DNA of 57,308 nt from a virus (Duplodnaviria; Caudoviricetes): IMG/VR virus record IMGVR_UViG_3300044972_000184, positions 1-57,308 of that record; one strand, given 5' to 3'. A program made the translations under genes and the position numbers. The stretch's first letter is position 1, and each line of letters opens with the position of its first letter. The notes below the pieces were generated by a model that saw only the letters and a program-made list of their open reading frames with translations, did not search any database and was not told where the DNA came from. This document shows positions 8,816 through 19,551 of the stretch, in pieces.

Positions 8816-11800
8816 CCCCCATCATATCGTAGATCGCCGCGATGTCTTCGCGGTTGTCCATCGGGGTTGTACGAAGCGCCCGCTCACCGGCGGGACGCTT
8901 CGCTTCCCTGAGTGCGCGCTGGTTCCCCTGCGAGAAGTTGTTTATCCGCAGCCCGGTACCCGCAGCACCCTCGTTCCACTTGGCCACGGCCTTCTCGATG
9001 TCTCGTGCGGCGTCGTTGTCGCCAGCCATCTTGGCCCGGACCCACGCGGTGCGGTACATCGTGACGGTATCTCTACGGTAGTCTGTGATCCGGTTGGCCA
9101 CACGGATAGCCGCGTACTGCTGCGCCGTCTCCGGCGGCTGGAACCCAGTCAGGCGGGCGGCGAACGTGCCGATGGTAGCTTCGCCCGTGACGGTATAGCC
9201 ACGCTTATCGACGACCATCCCGCTCTCAGCGTAGGCCATGGTGTCACCAAGGGCGCGGAGCATCGTGACCGGCGTCTCGCGCAGCACATCCGGCAGCCTC
9301 ACCTGATCCGAGAACGGCAGCCGCAGTGCGTTGTATACCGTCTTCCCAGACTGGATGATGGCAGCAGGCATAGGCCCAGCGATATCTTGGAGTTCGCGCG
9401 TCACGTCGGCACCAGCCAGCAGGATGCCAGTACCGGGAATCTGACCGCCCAGCGACAGCTTGGCCCCGATGTCCACCGGCAGGACCATGTTCATCACACC
9501 CTGCATCAGCGGCACCGACGCGCCCGGCAGGGCGCTCTCCAGCATCTTGGTGCCTTCGGCGCGGATGCTGCCCATCGTCAGGCCCAGTGCCTGCGCGATG
9601 GTGTCCACGATATCTTCTAGGTCCTCAGCGAACGGCAGCCCCTGCAAACCGGAAAACAGGAGCAGCATGAACAGCATGGCGATCTGGCCCTTGCGATCCA
9701 TGTTGGCCAGCAACTGGATCGCCGTGGTCGGGTAGACCTTGTACATGTACAGAATTGTCTGGATGCCACCGCGCCATGCCGGCGGACGGTTGAGCACACC
9801 ATACTCACCCATGGTAACGTCGAGAGTCTCGGCGGCGAACCGGCTGGCTGCGTCGTACGCTTCTTGGTCGGTCTTCTTGTCCAGCTTCTGACGGGCGAAC
9901 TCCAGACGGAAGGCAGCCAGCCCCAGACTACGCCGCGCAGCTTGCTCAGACGTGTTGAACGGAGCCATCCAGACCTCGGTGAACCGCCGCAGGAACGGCG
10001 AGTCAGCATAGCCGCGCGAGGTGTTGAGCAGGGCGTTGGACTGCGCCGGGATCATCCGTCCTTCACGGATTTCGGCGGCGATGAACTTGGCTTCGTTGCG
10101 GGTCAGACCATATTTCTTGAGGTCAGCTTCAGACATATCGGCGTAGAACTCAGCGGTGTTCAGCTTGGTGTCCGTGACACCCGGTGCGCCCACCTGACCC
10201 AGTGCGCGATGATACTCAGAGATAGCGGCACCAGCGCCGAAGCCCCCACCGAAGCCGTTGCGGTCGTTGTACGTGGCGAGGAACGGGATGCCGTTGGTGT
10301 AGACACCGATGAAGTTCATCACCGCCGTGGCGATAGAACCACCAAGCTGGACGGCACTGGCGAAGGACCGCAGGCGGGCGGCGGTAGCCCCGGACTCGAA
10401 GTTCGAGGTCGACACATCGCGGCTCTCGTTCAGGAACTGGACGGTGCGAGACGCCTCATTGTAGAACTCGTTGCCACGCTCGGCCCCACCCTTCGGGTTG
10501 GTGGTCTCGAACATGTACTTGTACCGGTTGTAGTTGCGGCGATCAGTGGTGGTGCCACTGGTCTCGGCCTGCTTCTTGAGGCGGTCCAGTTCCGCCTTGT
10601 TGCCGTTCCACAACTCCTGCGACGAGCGCATCGACAGGTTCATCAGTTCGTTGAGGTACGGACGCATCTCGGTCTTGGCGATGGTCGACGCACGGCTGTC
10701 GATATGTTTTGAGATGGCCTTGATCGCATCGCGCTCGGCACCCGGCACATTGCTGCGCTGCAAACGGTTACGTGCGGCGGCGTTCTGGCGGGTCATGGCG
10801 ACCACCACGTTCTCCACTTCAGTCGGCGTCAGGTTGATGTTCAGTTGGCGCAGACCGTACTGAATTTCGTTCAGGTTGAAACCCGGCGGGCCGGTCACGG
10901 CGTCGAGCGCCCGCTCTGCTGATGCCCTAAGGACCACCTCGGTGTCTTCGACCGTCTGGGTGTCGGCGTTGTACGCCTTCAGCGTGTACCGCTTGGGCTT
11001 GCCGTCCGCAGAGAGAAGCGTGTTGAGTTCGTCAGCGAGGCGCACCACCTGACTTTCGCTCTCCATCTGCATGTAGACGAGTTTGTTGCGTGACGCCTCG
11101 TCCAGCTTAACCGGCTGACCTGTCCGGGGGTTTATAGCTTGGATACGCAGTTGGTACGCACCCTCACGCAGCAGCGGGGTGTAGCCAATGGCCAGCGACC
11201 GGCGGGTGTACAGGTCAGCATCCTTGGTCGACAGACTGTCGATCATCAGTTGCTTCATCCGGGTCTGTACCACGAACTTGTCTTCGCCCAGCTTGATCCG
11301 CTTGCTCAGTTCGCGCAGCTTGGCCACGGTGTCGTCCGGCACTTGGTCCTTGAACTGCGCTCCGATGGCGTCGTAGCCTTCCTTCAGATTGAGGACGCTA
11401 CGGTTGACCGCCACGAGGAAATCGTCGGCCCTCTGCATGGCGGCGCGGTCGAAGACGGTGTTGCCTTCTTCGTCCTGCTTGGTCCCCTCCGCATAGAGAT
11501 TGCGGTACGTGGTGAGAAGGTCATCGAGGAACTTCTTCTCTGCGTCGGTCAGCTTGCCCTCGACCAGTTCGTCGAACTGCCTGAAGCTGACGTTCCTATC
11601 CGCCAGCGTGGCACTGTAGCGGGCGCGCAGCAGGTCGATTGCGGCATCGTCCATGGACTCGCGCAGGGACTCGTAGCCCTTCCACTCGATGCTGTCTTCC
11701 TTGAGGTCCGGGATACCTGCGAACTTCTCCATGCGAGTGGAGCCGTCGATCAGGGTTACGGGGTACTCGAACCCGTCGCGGGCTTGCTTGAACTCGATGC

Positions 11801-14800
11801 GACCTGCCGCCTTGAGGCGGTCGATCTCGTCCTTGTTCGGCGTCAGCACCCCGTTCTCCACGAAGAACAGGGGCGGGCCGTTCAGTTTGCGGACATCCGT
11901 GATGCGCGACTCGGCCAGCGACTGCGCGGCGTAGACCAGCCCGCTGACCTGCTCCTGCACTTTCTTTGCCGAGTTGAAGATCGCGCGGTTGCGCTCGTTG
12001 CTCCTGACCCGGACGCGCGTGGCGATGCCGTTGGTCATTTGCAGGATGTCGTACAGACGCTGTGCGCCGGGGTTCTTGCGACCACGGAACACCTGAAGGC
12101 TGAGGAACTGCCCGACGAACCGGTCCAGCTTGTTGGCAGTGGGTCCGACTTCGTCCACGAACCTGCGCCATGCGCCGGCCATATCGCTGGGTGCCTGCCA
12201 TCCAGCAAAGCGAGAGTCCACGATGGTCTGCTGCGCTCCATGCAGATCGCCCGCCGTGGAGAAGCGACCGGTACCCGCTGGACCATAGCCGTTCTCGACC
12301 ATGTACATGTCAGTGAAGACCTGATCGGTCTGATGGATGTACGGCTTACCCTGCCGCACGTAGGACCGCGAGTGCTTGAGCAGGTGGCGCACCATCTCAT
12401 CACCGAACTTGACGCCCAGCTTGTTGAGGGCGGTCTTGATGGCGTTCCAGATGCGGGCCGCGATGCTGGTGTCGAGGACGCCAGCGAAGTCAGAGAGATA
12501 TTCCTCTACCGCTTCCTCTTTGCTCATGCCCTGCGCCATGTAGGCGTCCACGTCCGCTTGGACATGGGGACTGGACTGGTAGACCTGCGCCATGGTGGCG
12601 TTGAACTTGGCGTTGGGGATGATGCCCCGCAGACCGAAGTGGCCGATGGTCTCGTGCGCCAGCACGAAGTTCAGGTGCTGCTCGTTGGCGATGCGGTCAC
12701 TGAAGATGATGACGTTGCCACCGGCGAACGAGTAGCCTGCTGCCTGTGCGGTATCGAAGTCGCCCTCAGGGCGCGCGGCCAGAGCCTTGCGGTACAGCGC
12801 GGGGTTGCGCTGCATGAAGTCCGCCTGATTGCGGTAGACCCTGACGCTCGGCTTGGTCGCCAGCTTCGACAGAAACTTGTTCACGGCCAGCTTGATGGCC
12901 CCCTGAGACATGGACGTCTCGGGGTTGTTGAACGCCGACAGGGAGAACTTGCCGGTGTCGCTGTCCTTGAGAGTGCGGGTGTCCACGATCTCGACCGGCG
13001 CGGCGCGCTCGTCGCGCTTGCCCTTCAGCAGCTTGGTGCCGACCTCAGGAGCGAGGAACACGGACCGGCCAGCGTCCTTGGGCGTGCCGATCTTGGCAGT
13101 GATGAACTCACCGCCGGCCACAGGGATACGGCTCTGCTCGATCAGGCGCAGCGAACCACGGTCGAAGTAGTCTTGGATCGGTGCCCCACGGTAGGTAGCC
13201 TTGGTATCGCTGGGGTCGATCTCGGTAAACATATCCTCAGCGAACCCGCGAGGACCGTAGTCGTAGGTGGTACCCTCGAAGGTGAACGGCTCGTCCCAGA
13301 TGGCCACGTTGCGCGCCACACCCAGATAGCTTTCGAGGAACCGCTGCAACATCGCCAGCGGAGACGCAGGGTCCACCGCCTTCGGGACAGCAGTAGGCGC
13401 GACAACAGCAGCCGGTGCCTGCTTGGCCTCAAGGACAGCAGCGACCTGCTCACGGATCGCTGGGTCAGCGATCTTGCTGATCCCCTTGACCTTGCCACGG
13501 AGGGGGCGTGTGTCCTCCAGACGACCGGCATCGAGCATGAACTGGAGCCACGGGGCAACGTCAGTACCGGAGACAGCCGACAGCCCTTCGGTCTTTGCAT
13601 CCCTGATCTGCGCGGTGAAGACTTTGCTGATCGTCGCGCGCTGCTTGGCCGTGAACGTGGTGTTCTCGATGAACGACCGTGCCTTATCAGTCAGAGCCTT
13701 GCGCGCCTTGGCTTCCCCCGACGTGATCTTATCGAAGTACCCGACGCTGACGACGTCGTAGATGGCGTCCTCGTACGCATCATCCACCTTGGTGTAGGTC
13801 TCAGCCACCTCAGTGGCCGCAGCCAGCCGCTCAGAGTCAGACATATCTGACCGCTCAACCGCAGTGGTCGACGGACCTACAGCTTTCCGAACAGCTTCCG
13901 CTTTGGGCTGCTGAACAGGCTCGGGCTGGGCGGGCTGCGCTTCTGGCTGCGTTGCTGCGGCGACAGGCGCTCCGGTAGCTTGTCCAGTTGTGCCTCCGGC
14001 ACCGCGCTTGAGACCTTGTCCGCCACGTCCGGCAGGTTGCGTTCGAGCCACCGCAGTTGGCTTTGGCTTTTCACCTGCACGGAGAGTCCTTCCCTTGGGC
14101 GGAGTGGGTGGTGTCGGCGGTTCAGGTTCGGGTTCTACAACTGGCTCGACCTTCAGCTTCTTTGCCTTCGGCGCGGTCGCCCCCTTCTTACGAGCCAGCT
14201 TCTGTTTGCCGGGAGCGACAGGTTCCACGGGTGCAGCGACAGGTGCAGCCTGCGCGGTATACTGACCCAGCGTGTCGCCTTCGTTACCGATGAACTCCTG
14301 AAGCTGCGAGGTGCGCTGCTCATCAAGGCCAAGCGACGGGTCAGTCGCGCCCTGCACCGCAGCAACGTACTGCTGTGCGATACTATCGACTAGCTCAGGG
14401 GGCGCGATCTCGCCGCGCTGCACGATGGCAGTGTACTCATCCAACTGCGTGTTGAAGTCTTGGGCTTCGGGATTCAGCAGCGGGGGCATAGCGAAGTTCT
14501 GCCCGCCAAACATCGGAAGCTGCTGTTGCTGGTCGATGTTGTCGAACAGCGGCAAGCCTTCTGGCTCAGCCGTGCGTTCAGGCGTCGTAATCTGGCTGCT
14601 GTCAAAGCGCGGCGACATCGCCTCGACCCCGCCCTCCGGCGTCTGGAGAGGACCGAGGTTCCCCGGAGCCGTGGCAAACAATTCGCCCTGCCGCTCGACA
14701 GCGAAGTCAGCGTTTAGTGATGGTTGCTGTGGGCCAACGCGCGTACCAGATGCGCCACCTTCGAGGGGAAGTTCACCCTGCGCCATGCCCTGCTCAGGGT

Positions 14801-16088
14801 TGCCGTTCCCCAATACGTCTGCCGGAGTGCCGCGCTTGAGGTTGGCGACAGCGCCGATGGGACCACCGATGGCGGCACCGGCGGCGAACGAGTTGATGAG
14901 GCGCTGGATGTTCTTCGGGTCGGAGAAGTCTTGGTCGGACAGGCCAAGCAGCAGGGCTTCCTGCCCGGCTTCAGTGGACCCTTCGAGTGCAGCGCCAGTG
15001 GCAAGACCCGTACCGGCACGGCGAAGCATATCCCCACGGCGCGCGACCTGCGCTCCACTGCGGACGGCGGTACCGAACACACGGCTGGCCAGTGCGTACT
15101 CCGGCAGCAGGTCCATGGCGGCGTAGGGGATCGAACCGAACAGCGCCGTCAGGCGGGCACCAACGTCTTCAGCGTCAGCACCCTGATCCCTGAGTTCCCC
15201 GTAGATGTCGGACGCACCCATCTGGAGAGAGTTGGCTGTTGCAGCAGCAGTGGCCCCTGCCAGACCGGCGGCGCTCTTGAGGATTTTGCTCTCGGCTTGG
15301 TCGAGTGCTTCGCCCGCAGCCTTCTTACGGGCTGCCGCCAGCACCGCCTGCTTGAACGCCGTGCGTCCAGCGAGACCAGCGAGGGCACCGCCTGCGGCAC
15401 CGAGTGGACCACCGACTGCACCACCAGCGAAGAAGCCCGCAGCGCCAGCACCGATAGCTTCCAACAGCATGGGACCTTGCTGCGCGAGGTTGGCCACGAA
15501 CCAGTCGACAGCGTCACCACCGGACTCGATATCCGTGAACTGGCGTTCGTACGGCTGGGTGCGCCGCAGGTCCTCGACCTGCTGGTCGACGATGCGCTGC
15601 CCTGTTTCTTCTGCACCGATAAGCTGGAGGCCACGGCCACCCAGCATCTGAAGCTGGTCGATCCCTCGACCGAGGTTGCGCGCCGCCAGAGTACCCCTGC
15701 CGGGGTTGCGGATCGACTGCACATAGCCACCGAACTGCTGCTCAGACAGCGGCTGGAAACCTTGCGGCAGCGGTGCGGCTGTGCCCGCCGTGTCAGCAGA
15801 CTCGACGGCAGCTTGGTAGTCTTCAGCGTCGAACATCCGCCCCTTGGCGAAGAACTGGTTGGTCGCGGGGTTGAACCCGAACGACGGACCAGCGGCAGGA
15901 GGCGGTGCAGTACGACTACGTATGCCCTGAACGGCGCTCTCTCCAAGCGCAGTGATCCCAGCAAGCGCAGTTTCGGTGCTACCCATGCCGCCAAGGCTGC
16001 CACCGAGTGACGGTGGAGCCAGTGGACTAGAGGGATCGCCCGCCGGTGGAAGCAGCGGGTTGTTGAACGTCACACCGGCACGGGCCAT
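8808..16088 (-). CDS. Large internal virion/ejection protein (polyvalent-protein-like) with zincin-like motif
   Basis: 2426 aa, last gene of the virion operon; Gly/Ala-rich hydrophobic N-terminal part; LAHETIGH motif; YTPLLREG resembles PLxRFG-type regions. Confidence 0.75.
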   Translation of the reverse strand: MARAGVTFNNPLLPPAGDPSSPLAPPSLGGSLGGMGSTETALAGITALGESAVQGIRSRTAPPPAAGPSFGFNPATNQFFAKGRMFDAEDYQAAVESADTAGTAAPLPQGFQPLSEQQFGGYVQSIRNPGRGTLAARNLGRGIDQLQMLGGRGLQLIGAEETGQRIVDQQVEDLRRTQPYERQFTDIESGGDAVDWFVANLAQQGPMLLEAIGAGAAGFFAGGAVGGPLGAAGGALAGLAGRTAFKQAVLAAARKKAAGEALDQAESKILKSAAGLAGATAAATANSLQMGASDIYGELRDQGADAEDVGARLTALFGSIPYAAMDLLPEYALASRVFGTAVRSGAQVARRGDMLRRAGTGLATGAALEGSTEAGQEALLLGLSDQDFSDPKNIQRLINSFAAGAAIGGPIGAVANLKRGTPADVLGNGNPEQGMAQGELPLEGGASGTRVGPQQPSLNADFAVERQGELFATAPGNLGPLQTPEGGVEAMSPRFDSSQITTPERTAEPEGLPLFDNIDQQQQLPMFGGQNFAMPPLLNPEAQDFNTQLDEYTAIVQRGEIAPPELVDSIAQQYVAAVQGATDPSLGLDEQRTSQLQEFIGNEGDTLGQYTAQAAPVAAPVEPVAPGKQKLARKKGATAPKAKKLKVEPVVEPEPEPPTPPTPPKGRTLRAGEKPKPTAVARTQPAGRGGQGLKRGAGGTTGQATGAPVAAATQPEAQPAQPEPVQQPKAEAVRKAVGPSTTAVERSDMSDSERLAAATEVAETYTKVDDAYEDAIYDVVSVGYFDKITSGEAKARKALTDKARSFIENTTFTAKQRATISKVFTAQIRDAKTEGLSAVSGTDVAPWLQFMLDAGRLEDTRPLRGKVKGISKIADPAIREQVAAVLEAKQAPAAVVAPTAVPKAVDPASPLAMLQRFLESYLGVARNVAIWDEPFTFEGTTYDYGPRGFAEDMFTEIDPSDTKATYRGAPIQDYFDRGSLRLIEQSRIPVAGGEFITAKIGTPKDAGRSVFLAPEVGTKLLKGKRDERAAPVEIVDTRTLKDSDTGKFSLSAFNNPETSMSQGAIKLAVNKFLSKLATKPSVRVYRNQADFMQRNPALYRKALAARPEGDFDTAQAAGYSFAGGNVIIFSDRIANEQHLNFVLAHETIGHFGLRGIIPNAKFNATMAQVYQSSPHVQADVDAYMAQGMSKEEAVEEYLSDFAGVLDTSIAARIWNAIKTALNKLGVKFGDEMVRHLLKHSRSYVRQGKPYIHQTDQVFTDMYMVENGYGPAGTGRFSTAGDLHGAQQTIVDSRFAGWQAPSDMAGAWRRFVDEVGPTANKLDRFVGQFLSLQVFRGRKNPGAQRLYDILQMTNGIATRVRVRSNERNRAIFNSAKKVQEQVSGLVYAAQSLAESRITDVRKLNGPPLFFVENGVLTPNKDEIDRLKAAGRIEFKQARDGFEYPVTLIDGSTRMEKFAGIPDLKEDSIEWKGYESLRESMDDAAIDLLRARYSATLADRNVSFRQFDELVEGKLTDAEKKFLDDLLTTYRNLYAEGTKQDEEGNTVFDRAAMQRADDFLVAVNRSVLNLKEGYDAIGAQFKDQVPDDTVAKLRELSKRIKLGEDKFVVQTRMKQLMIDSLSTKDADLYTRRSLAIGYTPLLREGAYQLRIQAINPRTGQPVKLDEASRNKLVYMQMESESQVVRLADELNTLLSADGKPKRYTLKAYNADTQTVEDTEVVLRASAERALDAVTGPPGFNLNEIQYGLRQLNINLTPTEVENVVVAMTRQNAAARNRLQRSNVPGAERDAIKAISKHIDSRASTIAKTEMRPYLNELMNLSMRSSQELWNGNKAELDRLKKQAETSGTTTDRRNYNRYKYMFETTNPKGGAERGNEFYNEASRTVQFLNESRDVSTSNFESGATAARLRSFASAVQLGGSIATAVMNFIGVYTNGIPFLATYNDRNGFGGGFGAGAAISEYHRALGQVGAPGVTDTKLNTAEFYADMSEADLKKYGLTRNEAKFIAAEIREGRMIPAQSNALLNTSRGYADSPFLRRFTEVWMAPFNTSEQAARRSLGLAAFRLEFARQKLDKKTDQEAYDAASRFAAETLDVTMGEYGVLNRPPAWRGGIQTILYMYKVYPTTAIQLLANMDRKGQIAMLFMLLLFSGLQGLPFAEDLEDIVDTIAQALGLTMGSIRAEGTKMLESALPGASVPLMQGVMNMVLPVDIGAKLSLGGQIPGTGILLAGADVTRELQDIAGPMPAAIIQSGKTVYNALRLPFSDQVRLPDVLRETPVTMLRALGDTMAYAESGMVVDKRGYTVTGEATIGTFAARLTGFQPPETAQQYAAIRVANRITDYRRDTVTMYRTAWVRAKMAGDNDAARDIEKAVAKWNEGAAGTGLRINNFSQGNQRALREAKRPAGERALRTTPMDNREDIAAIYDMMGAT

Positions 16089-16091
16089 GGT

Positions 16092-17987
16092 TTATCCTCC
16101 AGTACCGACACTTACCATGCGCGGTGTGATGCCTGCAATGGGGAGCGCAGCAGGACCAGCGGGGACAGACTCCGGCATACCCGGAGCGCGGTAATCAGTA
16201 ACAAGCTGCTGCCACGTGCCGCCCGAACGGAGGAACGCCTGACCACCCGGAGTGGCGAAGATTTTCTCCTCGAAGTTCTTCTCGCGCTGCTCGGCCAGTC
16301 GGTACTCGCCGTTGATACGGGCCTCTTGGATTTTGGTCGCGGCCTCAACCAGAGCCGTGGCGGTTGCCTCATTGACCCGAAGCTGGCTCTTGACCGTCTC
16401 AAGCTGCATAGCCGTCTGGCTTTCGACACGCTGCTGGAGGTAGGCACGGTCGAAGGTGGAGCGCGCAGTATCGCGCAGTCGTGCAGCATCGACCCCTTGG
16501 GACGACACACGACCGTTGACCAAGATGTTGTAGGTGCCATCGGTACGCGGCTGGATTTGGATCGGCGTCCCTGCATAGTCAGACCAGACGGCAGCAAGCC
16601 GGCGCGGGTCGTTAGCCATCTCCAACTCCATGATGCCCTGCATCCCTTGGAGCATACGGATTTGGTTGTCGGCTTGGAGCAGCGTGGCCCTAGCCTGCAT
16701 GAACTCATTCACCATACCGGACTGACGGTACAGGTTGGCCATCTGGACCAGTTCCTGTCGCGCCTGAATGGCGTTGGCCGTGTCGCGCGAGATCGCCTCA
16801 GGACGAGCGAGGTAGAAGTTCGACGGGTCCAGACGTGTCTGTGCAACCTGAGCGGTGCCTTCGGGCTGAACGCCAGCGGTACGCTGAGCGGCTGCGCCGC
16901 GACCGGTCATCTTACCATTGGCCCAGTCGACTACGTCACCAACGGTGCGGCCTTCGAGGACCGACCGGTTGGCTTTCACCTGCGCGGGAGAGACAACACG
17001 AGAGACTGGGGTGTTGTCGTCTGCGCTCAACAACTTGGTGGCACCGTCGCCGCCGAGGAACCAAGCGAGATACATCGAGGTGTCGGTGACAGGGATACCT
17101 GCCCGTTGCAGCGAGGTAGCGTTCGTCTGGGCGAGAGCACCAGCGACTTGGTCCTGAGCCGCAGGGTCACGACGCAGGTTCCAGATTTGTGCGTCCGACA
17201 TACCGGAGCGCGGGTTCAGCTTCTTATAGGTGCCGACCCACGTGTCCTTGGTGATCTGATACGCACCGAAGGCCGACGATGTGCCAGCGAGGTTCGGCGT
17301 GGTGTAATCGCCACCGGACTCAACCGCCTTCACACGATTGAGGAACGTCCCGGCGTCGAACGCTGGAGCGGCAGCAGCCTTAGGCGCAGCAGCCTTGGCC
17401 GCAGCAGGTTTAGCCGCAGCAGAAGCGGCAGGCGCTTTGGCCTCAGGTCCGAACTTGGCGTATAGACTCTGGAGACCGACACGAGGCGTAGTACCCGGAG
17501 CCGCTGGCTCCACGCCCAGCTTATCGAACAGGTTCTGGATTCCGACCTTCGGTCCACCGGCCCGGCCAGCTACACGGGCTTCACGTCGCGCGATGGTGCG
17601 CTCGGCCAGAGAACCGGGAGGGGCCGGAACTCCCGCACGGGGCGCAGCCACAGCAGGAGCAACAGGTCGCGCTGCCAGAGGAGGAACACCAGTCGGAGGG
17701 ACTGCTGCGATCATGGGCGGCGCTGCGCCTACCGAAGCGATACCAGCGCGGCGAGGCGGGACAACATCCTCGAAACCGCCGGGGGCACCGATATCGTAGA
17801 CCGGCGCTTCACCGCCGATGTCGCCCATACCCATGACGCCTTGGCGAAGCCGTTCCTGCCTAGCCAGTTCAAGCTGCTGCGCCTGAGCGGTGGCGCGCTG
17901 AGCGCGCTGGATTTCACGCCGGTTGACGAAGTCTTCCGCAGTGGCTCCGATCTGCCCAGCGCCAGCGAGGAATGAACCAATAGCCAT
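16092..17987 (-). CDS. Internal virion protein with lytic transglycosylase-like domain
   Basis: VESGG..AFGAYQI..TW..YLAWFLG lysozyme-like motifs; position among ejection proteins. Confidence 0.75.
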   Translation of the reverse strand: MAIGSFLAGAGQIGATAEDFVNRREIQRAQRATAQAQQLELARQERLRQGVMGMGDIGGEAPVYDIGAPGGFEDVVPPRRAGIASVGAAPPMIAAVPPTGVPPLAARPVAPAVAAPRAGVPAPPGSLAERTIARREARVAGRAGGPKVGIQNLFDKLGVEPAAPGTTPRVGLQSLYAKFGPEAKAPAASAAAKPAAAKAAAPKAAAAPAFDAGTFLNRVKAVESGGDYTTPNLAGTSSAFGAYQITKDTWVGTYKKLNPRSGMSDAQIWNLRRDPAAQDQVAGALAQTNATSLQRAGIPVTDTSMYLAWFLGGDGATKLLSADDNTPVSRVVSPAQVKANRSVLEGRTVGDVVDWANGKMTGRGAAAQRTAGVQPEGTAQVAQTRLDPSNFYLARPEAISRDTANAIQARQELVQMANLYRQSGMVNEFMQARATLLQADNQIRMLQGMQGIMELEMANDPRRLAAVWSDYAGTPIQIQPRTDGTYNILVNGRVSSQGVDAARLRDTARSTFDRAYLQQRVESQTAMQLETVKSQLRVNEATATALVEAATKIQEARINGEYRLAEQREKNFEEKIFATPGGQAFLRSGGTWQQLVTDYRAPGMPESVPAGPAALPIAGITPRMVSVGTGG

Positions 17988-17999
17988 CAGTCAGACTCC

Positions 18000-19112
18000 T
18001 TACCCACCAATGGCTTGCGGCGCACCCAGAGGCGGCACCCCGAGTACTTGGCCGAGCAGCATACCGACACCTTGGCGCTCAGCATCACGTTCGCGCAAGC
18101 GCGCTTCATCCAGTCTCAGACCTGCTTCAGTCGTAGTCGGGTACTGCGCCGGGATGGCACCAATACCAGCCTGACGTGTCTGGACGCGACCAGTGACACC
18201 CTGACCGAAGCCCTGCTGGAAGGCCGTGCCCACGTTGCGGGCCGTGCCCAGACGATAGCGGCGCTGCTCAGCAGCCAGTCGGGCACCAGTGAGACCACGT
18301 GTGGCTTCGCCTTCTTGGATCGAGCCACGGACAAGTGCAGCCTGACCAGCCTGCCGACCCATGTACTCAGGGTTGAAGTAGTCGGCTTCGCCCAGCAGAC
18401 GCTGCGCTTGGCTGAACCGCTCCTGCGTGAAGGCTGCGTTGGACTGTCGCGCCTTCTCAAGTTCAGCCTGCTGCGCCTTCATCTGAGCGGACATACCAGA
18501 GCCGACGAGGCCGGCGGCGATGAGAGACGGCGCAACGGTCTTGAGGCCAGCGGGAACAGCAGCCAGCATACCGCCGAGTCCAGTGGCAGCGGGGGCAGCA
18601 GCGGATAGACCCGCACCCAGACCAGTGGCACCCATACCGGTGGCCAAGCTCGTACCACCAGCGCCGAGGCCGGCGGGCAAACCAGTAGCAGCAGTTCCTG
18701 CACCACCTGTGAGTGCGCCCGACAGACCTGTGACGCCGCTACCAACGGACGCCCCGGAGCCAGCGGTGAGAGTTGTGCCTGTACTGATGCCGCCGACGCC
18801 AGTGGCCCCCGTCGCTGCGGGTGCGGCAGCAGCACTAGCAGCGGCAGCCTTGGCGGCACTGAACCCGCCGTATCCACCTGCCAGTGCGCCTGACTTCCAG
18901 TCAGTCCCTAGCCCGATTGCGCCTCCGGCTTCGCCCATCGCAGCGCCAGTAGCAGCAGAGGCGACCGTGGAACCGAGGGTCGATGCAGCGATCTTTGCAG
19001 CGGCGACCTTACCAAACGCGGCTGCGCCTACCTTGGCTGCCACAACGGGAGCGAAGTACGCAATCGCTACGACCGCAGCAACCTTGGCGATGGTACCAAC
19101 AACCTTACCCAT
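18000..19112 (-). CDS. Gly/Ala-rich internal virion (pilot/ejection) protein
   Basis: Hydrophobic Gly/Ala-rich N-terminus, Gln/Arg-rich helical C-terminus, position. Confidence 0.6.
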   Translation of the reverse strand: MGKVVGTIAKVAAVVAIAYFAPVVAAKVGAAAFGKVAAAKIAASTLGSTVASAATGAAMGEAGGAIGLGTDWKSGALAGGYGGFSAAKAAAASAAAAPAATGATGVGGISTGTTLTAGSGASVGSGVTGLSGALTGGAGTAATGLPAGLGAGGTSLATGMGATGLGAGLSAAAPAATGLGGMLAAVPAGLKTVAPSLIAAGLVGSGMSAQMKAQQAELEKARQSNAAFTQERFSQAQRLLGEADYFNPEYMGRQAGQAALVRGSIQEGEATRGLTGARLAAEQRRYRLGTARNVGTAFQQGFGQGVTGRVQTRQAGIGAIPAQYPTTTEAGLRLDEARLRERDAERQGVGMLLGQVLGVPPLGAPQAIGG

Positions 19113-19551
19113 GGGCAGTCCCCAACTTCATTCGCACCTTGGCGCAGGATTGATCGAACCCGAACTTGGTGATGTATAGCATAGCACGATTCATCGGAAC
19201 ATAGGTGTCGAGGAAGTCGACCTTGTTGGCGCGCAGCCACTCGACCACCGGTGGCCAGAACTGGGAAGCGAAGGCGCGTAGCTTGCGGCCAGCCATGGCG
19301 ATGACCGACGCCGCCAGTTGCTTGTTGAGGTGGTGGAACTGGATCACCAGCACGAGAGCGACAAGCGTACCCTCGAACCCGACGAAGATCACTGCCTCGT
19401 CAGACGCCACGGCATTGAAGATGTACTGCACATCCATATCGCCAGCGGTCATGGGGTTGCCCTTGATGGACTTCTCCAGCCACGGGACAAGGCGGGGCCA
19501 CATTTCCAGCGCCCGCTCCTGCGTCAGCATCTCGACAGTCAGTTCACTCAC
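19105..19551 (-). CDS. GNAT-like protein of podovirus virion module
   Basis: 148 aa alpha/beta, C-terminal ..KFGF; typical position between tail nozzle and ejection genes. Confidence 0.55.
   Translation of the reverse strand: MSELTVEMLTQERALEMWPRLVPWLEKSIKGNPMTAGDMDVQYIFNAVASDEAVIFVGFEGTLVALVLVIQFHHLNKQLAASVIAMAGRKLRAFASQFWPPVVEWLRANKVDFLDTYVPMNRAMLYITKFGFDQSCAKVRMKLGTAHG

Noticed and set aside
11139-13850. 903-aa plus-strand ORF, and similar long ORFs at 32874-34496, 14724-16010, 40435-41556, 1514-2653
   Set aside because: Antisense shadows of well-supported genes in high-GC DNA; no motifs or RBS
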